DNA from: an uncultured Gammaproteobacteria bacterium
Lineage (GTDB): Bacteria > Pseudomonadota > Gammaproteobacteria > UBA6002
Reading direction: 5' to 3'
Assembly: GCA_963705725.1 (NCBI GenBank)
Contig: CAVPKM010000013.1
Location: 1 to 64,000 of the forward strand
Length of the DNA: 64,000 bases
Every line of letters begins with the position of its first letter. Position 1 is the first letter of the stretch. The notes beneath the pieces were generated by a model. That model did not search any database, was not told the DNA's origin, and saw only the letters and a program-made list of their open reading frames with translations. Both the position numbers and the translations under genes were made by a program. Shown here piece by piece: positions 1-7,531 of this stretch.

Positions 1-168
1 GCGGGCGGCCCGGCGCGGCTGCTCGTCCCGCACCTGTACTTCTGGAAGAGCGCGAAGTGGGTGCGCAGCCTGGAGCTGCGCGACACCAACGATCCCGGCT
101 TCTGGGAGAACTACGGCTACCACATCTACGGAGACCCATGGCGGGAACAGCGCTACGCAGGCGACTGA
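1..168 (+). CDS. Partial (3' end) sulfite oxidase-like molybdopterin-dependent oxidoreductase on a GC-rich foreign fragment
   Basis: Frame 1 translates to [55 protein letters not shown]. The [19 protein letters not shown] and GFWE..GYH..GDPW motifs are typical of this family. Very GC-rich compared with the rest of the window. Confidence 0.85.
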   Translation, partial: AGGPARLLVPHLYFWKSAKWVRSLELRDTNDPGFWENYGYHIYGDPWREQRYAGD

Positions 169-227
169 CCTGGCAGGTCGCGAAGGTCGGCGCGGTTTCC
201 GACGAGACCGCGTCGGTGCGGACGATC
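165..227 (+). CDS. Truncated N-terminus of a ferredoxin reductase / FAD-binding oxidoreductase (foreign fragment)
   Basis: [21 protein letters not shown] overlaps the upstream stop, the usual partner of this oxidoreductase in Actinobacteria. It breaks at GATC 224-227. Confidence 0.55.
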
Positions 228-1679
228 ATTTAGTCTCTTATTTCACTGAAAAACAAGTTAAATCTAGCCAAACAGTGCGCCGATCACCTAATAAAAACTT
301 TCCCAGATCACAGCCCCTTGTCTGCTGCTAAAGTATTGGTTGCTTATGGCGGCGGGAAAGACAGTTCTTACATGTTAGCTTATGTCAGGTTGCTTCAGTT
401 ACTGATACTTCAGAATTTACAAGATACGTTTCAAATGCGCGTTACTACCAATAGGCATAGTGGTATGCCTTATGCTGTGATGGAAAATATTGATAGAGTT
501 TATGTCGCGCTTGGCATGTACGAAGATCCGTGTATTGAGTTGTTGCTTGTTGATGGTCATGAAATTTCTAATTTCGAGAAAGAAAAACCTGTGCCAAAAA
601 GCGTGCGAAGAAATAGATCGCAAAAATGTGATGATGAGTGGGCATCGGACTAATGGTGATGGTCGCCCCACATTTTGTAACGCTTGTAATATCAGTATGG
701 TTAATTCTTTTGGGCTATCAGCTTGGTATAACGGCGGCGTGAATGTAATTATTACTGGGGTCTCGAAAAAGAGAACAAAAAGAATATTACATATCTGGGC
801 CAAGCGTTTAGGTTAGATCACTGGGTGGTGATCTGAAATTTAAAAAATTCCTTCCAATATTTTTTGCAGGGAATTGATATTATTTCTTACCATTATTCAG
901 AGAAATTTTGGGACAAATTCCTAGAAGAAATTACAAGCAGGCGAATGGCGGTAGCGCACACACCTCAAGTGTTAAAATTTTTTTCAATTTATGAAACACA
1001 CGCAATACGATGTTAATTCACATTGGGAGTTGCTGACGGAGATTTTAGACTTCCGATTTGATGATTTAGCTTTTAGTTTTTCCGAGTCAGATTGTGCAAA
1101 TCCAGCACTAATGGCGCATATGAGAGGTCTTAAAGCTGAGCATCTTCATCAAAGGCAATATTCTGATGGGATCTTAGACTATCTGAAACTAGCCATAAAA
1201 ATAATGCGTAGCAAAAATTTTCCTGAATTTTTAATTTCAAAATCAATGTCACGTTACATTGAGGATGATGGAATGTTAACAATGCGTGATAAATTAAATG
1301 TCTTTGCAAAAGAGATGTATGATTTGTCGGAGGAACACTTAGTTTGTCTGGTCTATTCTCCTTTCTTCAACCACGGTAAAAATTTAGAGCTTTATCTAGC
1401 AAGGGAGCAATGTGATCTCTTACCTAGCCTTTCAAATATTCACGCTGTTTTATCTACTCAAATTTATGAAGACTGTCACTTGAATTTAATTGATCGACTA
1501 ACAGAATGTAGCGGATTGATATTTAACGATATGTGCGTATTGTACCATAGTGATTTCAATACAATTCAAAAAACCTCACTTATATCGCGTATTTTGAATG
1601 ATGATCCTCATAAGACCATGATCAAGACCAGCATAGTATGCATGGCCCGATAGTGGAAGAATTAATATCCGGTCGATAA
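228..1679 (+). CDS. PP-loop (adenine nucleotide alpha-hydrolase) ATP-pyrophosphatase-like protein; 5'-truncated and frameshifted
   Basis: ORFs 318-653, 490-816 and 991-1653 join into one gene. Motifs: VLVAYGGGKDSSY (PP-loop), GHRT..DGRPTFCNACN (CxxC), ESDCANPALMAH. A shifted-frame C-terminus HSMHGPIVEELISGR* ends at 1679. Confidence 0.7.
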
Positions 1680-3006
1680 TGTACAAGGATTAAAGTATGT
1701 CATATTGCTTGCAAAACAAAATTTTTATACAGATTGGTGCGACTCGAGATGGTTGGATTCTTATCTCAAGTGTGCAAAAAAACGTGGGATGCAAGCGATT
1801 TTAGTGGAATCCCCGGCCTATTTGGATTTTAGAAAAGATTTATCTCGCCAGGCATTTGACCAAGAAATTGCAGTTGATAATCCAGCTGATTTGACCCAGG
1901 TTATCCATAGTTTAGAAGAATATAAAGAAAAAACAGGTTTGATATTAGCAGGCTTTGAGTGTTATTCGTCCACGGCTTATGAGGTAGCTAATCGATTAAA
2001 TCCTCTCGCCCTGGAGCAGTGATAGGGCAAATTTTAGACCACCTAATAAAGATGCCCAAAGAATTATTTTACGAACGGAAGCGCCGGAAGTATTACAGCC
2101 AAACTTCCTATGCCTTAATGATGATTTCCTCGACATAAGTAAAATGGATATTTGCTACCCGGTAGTGATTAAACCAACCAATGGTGGTGGTGGCTTAGGC
2201 GTGTACTTGGCGTTTGATGATGAAACCTTATTGAGAGTTTTCGAGCATATTAAATCGTTGACGAATTATAATGGCGCAAGTTTTGCAGGCATAATAATAG
2301 AAGAATATATTTTGGGAAAAGAATTATCTGTGCAAGGGTATTGCAGTGATACGGTTACCATCCTTAGCTGTTGTGAAAAAATTATTAACACCCAACTTGA
2401 AAATGATTTAGGGTATGCCAAAAGTTTTTATGAGGCAGGTCATATTGCTACTAGTGGTGAAAAAGTGCGGGAAGATATTCGTATTTTTGTTAAAAAATGC
2501 ATCCAAGCATTTGATTATCAAGCAGGGCCATTTCATATAGATTTTATTATTAATGATAAAGGTATTTATTTTGTTGAGATGGGATATCGTTTGTCAGGTG
2601 GTGCGATCATGGAGCTTGTCGAAAGGACAACAGGAATTAGCTGGGCCAAAAAGTATTTAATCTATTCTTGAAAGAAGATGAATGCGAAGGCTCAGAACTT
2701 GAAGCCGGTAACATTGCATCGCAATGTGTTGGTTTGGCAACAATACGAAATCTTTCGTTATTGGAAAAAGCTAAATTACTGCAAAAACAGGAGCAGGCTA
2801 TTAACATCACACCCTTTGCTACTAATGGTAGTACTATAGCAGCACAAAGAAACTTATCTTCTTGCTTACGCTCAGACATCACACGTCATGGTTCGGGCGT
2901 TGCAAGAATATGGATTAATGAAAACTCGACAGAACGGGTTAGGGAAATCCTGTTGCAGTGTTTATATTCTGATGAAACTATTGGAGAATTAAGATGTGTC
3001 GAATGA
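1679..3006 (+). CDS. ATP-grasp ligase (L-amino-acid-ligase-like), frameshifted
   Basis: ORFs 1705-2022, 2144-2671 and 2668-3006 are consecutive pieces. Motifs YPVVIKPTNGGGGLGV, IIEEYILGKELSV, GPFHID and YFVEMGYRLSGG. The 2144 frame stays open back to about 2015. Confidence 0.8.
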
Positions 3007-3731
3007 TTATGGCGCTGGGTAATTTTTCTGTGTCAAAAGTCATTTCTGCTGCTGTTGCGATGAGTAAGGGAGAAACATCAAGGTGTATTACTCCTACCAA
3101 GCGACATCCTAATGGTTGGGGAATGATCTGGAATAAAAGCAATCATCACGCAACTCATAAGTTGTCTCATTTTCGTTGTGAAAAAGCGATAGAAAATAGT
3201 ATTAATTTAGCGCCATTAGACCAAATAACCGGCAATTTTTTAGCAGTACATGTTCGACATGCCACGCTTGCGCATTGTATAGGGATAGAATATGCGCATC
3301 CGATTACAAATAATCAGACTCAAATACCTTGGTACTTAATGCATAATGGGTTTCTTCCAACTATTTATAAGAAATTGGAACTGGATCAGTCATTTTTTGA
3401 CTCACAAGAATATTTTAATTATATTATTCCTCATTCATCTGATCGCTTACACAAAAATGACGTAATAAAAAAATTAAATGAATTAGAAATGGGTGGCACA
3501 TCTGCCAATGCCATTGTCGCTAACTCAAAGCATGCTTATGTTATACACTGGAGCATGCCAAATGTTGAGTATCCTCACTATTTTACTTTATATAAAGGAC
3601 AAAATGATGATGCAATATATATTGCATCTGAAATCCAGCCGACCTTGGTACCAGATTTACAATGGGCTCCTTTAAAATCATCTTCGATGTATGAATATGA
3701 CATTACTGTTGGAGAGCCTGTAGAAGCTTAG
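2994..3731 (+). CDS. Class II (Ntn) glutamine amidotransferase / EgtC-like amidohydrolase
   Basis: N-terminal M-C-R (Cys2 nucleophile), HPNGWG, HVRHAT, HP, MHNG, DSQEYF, IASE. Confidence 0.85.
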   Translation: MCRMIMALGNFSVSKVISAAVAMSKGETSRCITPTKRHPNGWGMIWNKSNHHATHKLSHFRCEKAIENSINLAPLDQITGNFLAVHVRHATLAHCIGIEYAHPITNNQTQIPWYLMHNGFLPTIYKKLELDQSFFDSQEYFNYIIPHSSDRLHKNDVIKKLNELEMGGTSANAIVANSKHAYVIHWSMPNVEYPHYFTLYKGQNDDAIYIASEIQPTLVPDLQWAPLKSSSMYEYDITVGEPVEA

Positions 3732-3742
3732 GAGTAAAGAAT

Positions 3743-4555
3743 ATGGAGATGTCACCTACCTGGTCTTTATTTGAACATGATTGCAATAACGGTATGTTAA
3801 GTAAAGAGACATTAAAAGATCTTAGTGATGGAAAATATGCTGTTATTGTCTTAAAGAATGCGCTTAAAAAAAATCAATTGTCCAATATAAAAAAATGCCT
3901 TGACAAGTTGACTGCAAAAATTGAAACGCAGGTATATGTTAATGGCGCATTAACCACCTTTGGCCCTTACTTGGCTAAATACTTAAATAATTTGGATGGT
4001 TATTTTAATGCGGCCTCAGCAACCGATGAACTATTTGGTAGTGACTCAGAATCTGACCTGCGATTGTATGTGCGTAACCATTTGCGACAAACTTTTAATC
4101 TTAATTCATTATCTGTTGCTAAAGAGAATAATAATCTAACTTATTCTCCTGCGGTGGTGAGAATACACGGCAAGGGAGTAGCGAATCCACTTCATAATGA
4201 TAATATTATGCGAGATGCGGCAAACACCAATCTCATTCTTAGAAATCTATTAGTGCAACTAAGCTGTATTGTATGCATCCAAGAGTGCAATGGCGGTGGT
4301 GAGCTTAAACATTATCAAAAACTTTGGAAATTGTCTGATGAAATTCACAAAATTCCGAATGGATTGGGTTATAAGCAAGATGTGATTACCGATGCCAATA
4401 GCTATACATTTAAACCCGCTACCGGCGACATTTATTTAATAAATCCGACTTATTACCATGAGATTTTTAAGGTAGCAGATCAAGATCGCATTACGATGGG
4501 ATTTTTTATGGGCTTTTTTGATTATTCCTTTGATGAGGGAATAGTCTGGAGTTAG
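3743..4555 (+). CDS. 2OG-Fe(II)-dependent oxygenase (hydroxylase-type HxD triad)
   Basis: PLHNDN (HxD), GGEL, YHEI (distal His) and DRIT (2OG-binding Arg) in the usual DSBH order. Confidence 0.8.
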   Translation: MEMSPTWSLFEHDCNNGMLSKETLKDLSDGKYAVIVLKNALKKNQLSNIKKCLDKLTAKIETQVYVNGALTTFGPYLAKYLNNLDGYFNAASATDELFGSDSESDLRLYVRNHLRQTFNLNSLSVAKENNNLTYSPAVVRIHGKGVANPLHNDNIMRDAANTNLILRNLLVQLSCIVCIQECNGGGELKHYQKLWKLSDEIHKIPNGLGYKQDVITDANSYTFKPATGDIYLINPTYYHEIFKVADQDRITMGFFMGFFDYSFDEGIVWS

Positions 4556-4585
4556 TTATTTATATTAATTTTAAGGAAGATATCA

Positions 4586-6292
4586 GTGAAAATTTACCAA
4601 GAAGTTGTGTCACTACTGACTGCTAAAACAATTAACTTTAGAGAAATTGTGCATGCAGCTGAGGGACAATGTGAGGTAGTTTCTAAAATTAGAGGGAATG
4701 AATTATCACAAGCGATGAAAGCAATCGTGCTTATGGCAAAAATCAACAAAAAAGATAGAAAATACTACCTGGCCGTTCTCCCGGGGGATAGAGCCATAGA
4801 TATGAATGTTATCAAGCGATTTGCACGTGCAAATGAGGGTGTAATGTTTGCACCAAAAGACAGAGCAGAGCAATTGACTGGTTGTGTAATGGGCTCTGTT
4901 CCGCCCTTTACCTTTAATCCGCAACTTGAATTGATTGTTGATCCGAGCATACGTGAGAACAGTGAAATTGTTTTTAATGCAGGGACTCTTGATCGATCAA
5001 TTTTTATGAGTGTTGAGGATTACATTAGTGTGACGAATCCCAATTTTTTGAATTTCGTCAAGGATAGTGCCGAGAAAAGCATGGGAAAGTTGCTAAGTGA
5101 ACAACATAAAAAAGTTTTTTCTGCCCCATTAATAATGAGTGCAGCACCAATAAGTGCGGGCGAAAGCATGACAATCAATCCAGGTTTGAAGCTGATTGGA
5201 ATTGGTGCTTTTGGTAGGATGTTAAGCCCATCTGCTAAACATCTCAGTAACAGTGAGATTGCAAAATATACGCGTGTTCTTGATAGGCATAAAGTAAGTT
5301 TTCATCATGATAATTGCAGAAGCAACTGGAGTATGCATGGAGCGACGCTTGTAAATAATTATGAAGCCTTGGTGGGTGACGGTGATTTTGATGGTGTGGT
5401 CATCTGTGCGGGTAAAAATGGCGATGACTATGCTATCTTCGAGAGAATTATCCCATTGCTATATGCTAAAAATCGGAATTATTTTATCCTACATCTATCA
5501 ACAGTCAGTATTGATTTTGTAAAACTCACCTATGATTATTGTAAATCCCATAACGTTGAGTACGCTAATTACCCTCTAACAGGAGGCGTTGTTGGTGCTG
5601 AGTCTGCAAAAATGTTAATTTTAGGCAGTGGAGATGAGATATTATTTGAAAAAGTAAGACCTATGCTCATGAAAATCGGGAACCCGAAATACTTCGGAAA
5701 AGCCGTTGAGAGGGCAGCTGAGGTAAAGCTAATGGGTCATATTATGTTATTTAACAATTTAGTTGGCATATCCTCAGCTATTGCCTTGCATACAAAAATT
5801 TTAGAGAGAAATACACCTGAAGCTGATCAAGTAGAATTATTCAATTTTCTTAATGATGGGGCAGGGGGTTCTCGTCAATGGGAGCTAACTTTACGAAAGG
5901 TATTGGAACACAATGATTGGTCTGAGGGGTTCTTACTAAAATATGCGGTAGTAGATATCTTGTATGCAATACAGCTCATGTTGAGTAAGGATATGCCAGC
6001 CTTCTCTATTTTTCCCTTGCTCGAGCTTTCCCTTGTTTTTTCGTCTATTCTCGCCACTGAAAAAGATGAATTTTCTATGCAATATATTTTAAGTGCAATG
6101 CTTAAACCTGAGGTAAGTGTTAAAATTAATCAGTTTATCCAGGAGAATTTATCCTACCAAGATGTAAATCAATCTTTCCACAACTGTATCAATTCTCTAC
6201 CTGAAGACATCAAGCAATCTGTGATGCCTAATATCTTTTATACCATCCAAAATCCAGAAAATGAATTAACTCTCGCCGATTGTCGCTTTTAG
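4586..6292 (+). CDS. Fusion: YeaK/ProXp-y-like aminoacyl-tRNA deacylase (aa ~1-155) + NAD(P)-dependent beta-hydroxyacid dehydrogenase
   Basis: The N-terminal H..EG.CE.VS.IRG..L.Q..KA, LTGCVMGSVPPF.F and FNAG.LDRS motifs match E. coli YeaK. The C-terminal part has GIGAFG (Rossmann), HLSTVS, YPLTGG..GA and the catalytic-type Lys in AAEVKL. Confidence 0.8.
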   Translation: MKIYQEVVSLLTAKTINFREIVHAAEGQCEVVSKIRGNELSQAMKAIVLMAKINKKDRKYYLAVLPGDRAIDMNVIKRFARANEGVMFAPKDRAEQLTGCVMGSVPPFTFNPQLELIVDPSIRENSEIVFNAGTLDRSIFMSVEDYISVTNPNFLNFVKDSAEKSMGKLLSEQHKKVFSAPLIMSAAPISAGESMTINPGLKLIGIGAFGRMLSPSAKHLSNSEIAKYTRVLDRHKVSFHHDNCRSNWSMHGATLVNNYEALVGDGDFDGVVICAGKNGDDYAIFERIIPLLYAKNRNYFILHLSTVSIDFVKLTYDYCKSHNVEYANYPLTGGVVGAESAKMLILGSGDEILFEKVRPMLMKIGNPKYFGKAVERAAEVKLMGHIMLFNNLVGISSAIALHTKILERNTPEADQVELFNFLNDGAGGSRQWELTLRKVLEHNDWSEGFLLKYAVVDILYAIQLMLSKDMPAFSIFPLLELSLVFSSILATEKDEFSMQYILSAMLKPEVSVKINQFIQENLSYQDVNQSFHNCINSLPEDIKQSVMPNIFYTIQNPENELTLADCRF

Positions 6293-6367
6293 TCAATCTT
6301 TATTGAGCCTTTTGCTAAAACCGTTCTTTTAGAGGCAAGTCATTTACTATTTTATAAGGTGTAACCT

Positions 6368-7510
6368 ATGTTAGCAGAGCAGGAAATTAACAGTTCAAAA
6401 CCAAGCCGATGGGATTTATCAGGTTACCTTCAAGCATGTTCCCCTAGATTTTTATTAACGTCATTAATCTCGCTGGGAAATGGCGTACTCTACGCCCTAA
6501 CTATTCCGGAGACGGGTGGCAAAAATTTAGAGAAATTTCTTAGTATCGAAGGTCCTGCAGCTGATACAGCTATTCATGTTTTAAGTGCGGGAGCAGGGTT
6601 GTGTTACACCATGTTTTATTATAAAACAATCGAATCACTTAACCTAAAATATACTAATCCGTCTCAAGTTATATTTTCATTATTTGCACCATTTGCGGCA
6701 ACTTGTTATTTAACCGGAGGAGTCGAAGGGGCTGAATTATTAAAATTTCTATCATCGGACGCAGCGCTGGGTATTGGTATCACCTTATTTATATTTCGAA
6801 ATGTGAGCTGTTTCGATGCATCAATGAAGTTTCCAGATCGTCTTGGCGAGATGAAACAGTCATGGGTTAAGGCGTGGAATGAAAAAAACTATGCAGAATT
6901 AGCCAGATTAGTTGTGACAGTTCTGGCCAGTGTTGGTTATTCTATCAGTGCAACGGATTCAATTTATGCAGCTGTGCAAACCATTTTAGGATGGTTTAGT
7001 GTAAATGCCAATGCTGCTTCTATCACCGGCTATGTCAGTTCTGGCATCGGGGCGCTAGGCATCTTACCTTTGACGCTTTATTGGACACACAGAGGCTTAA
7101 AGCAATTGACAGGTGGCGGTGAAAAGGATTCAGAGGGTAACAATCCAGACCTTACGGATCTTTATACTTATTTAGGATTACTGTTCGTTTCACCAAATAT
7201 CCTTGGAGTAATCGGCGCTTCAACTAGCACTCACGGAAGTGTTTTTGGGAGGCTTGGTACACCTGCAGAGATAATTCGTCTTATTACCTCGGTAATTTAT
7301 GCCGCTTCTTCTGGCACCCCTGGGCTGTCATCATTTATTAGGTCTATTGCCAGTAGCTGTTGCCCATCTGACTTAGAAGAAAGCACTGCCTTGAAAAGTC
7401 AAGGGAATAGGAATTCCATGACATTCTTTAGCTTAAATACTGGAGGCGGTAACCCAGCGGATTTGCCCTTGATTGTAGATTCTGAAGCAGAGAATGTTAT
7501 AATTATATGA
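6368..7510 (+). CDS. Orphan multi-pass membrane protein (cluster exporter or candidate effector)
   Basis: 380 aa with many Gly/Ala-rich hydrophobic segments and a polar tail. No transporter motif recognised. Confidence 0.6.
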   Translation: MLAEQEINSSKPSRWDLSGYLQACSPRFLLTSLISLGNGVLYALTIPETGGKNLEKFLSIEGPAADTAIHVLSAGAGLCYTMFYYKTIESLNLKYTNPSQVIFSLFAPFAATCYLTGGVEGAELLKFLSSDAALGIGITLFIFRNVSCFDASMKFPDRLGEMKQSWVKAWNEKNYAELARLVVTVLASVGYSISATDSIYAAVQTILGWFSVNANAASITGYVSSGIGALGILPLTLYWTHRGLKQLTGGGEKDSEGNNPDLTDLYTYLGLLFVSPNILGVIGASTSTHGSVFGRLGTPAEIIRLITSVIYAASSGTPGLSSFIRSIASSCCPSDLEESTALKSQGNRNSMTFFSLNTGGGNPADLPLIVDSEAENVIII

Positions 7511-7531
7511 TAATTCTTTCATAATTTGTAA

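Noticed and set aside
3743-4555. Fe/2OG halogenase
   Set aside because: The facial triad retains Asp (H-N-D), whereas halogenases replace it with Gly or Ala.
228-7510. RiPP (graspetide) cluster because of the ATP-grasp gene
   Set aside because: No precursor-like small ORF is visible, and the enzyme looks like an amino-acid ligase rather than RimK/MvdC. The upstream region is missing, so this is not fully excluded.
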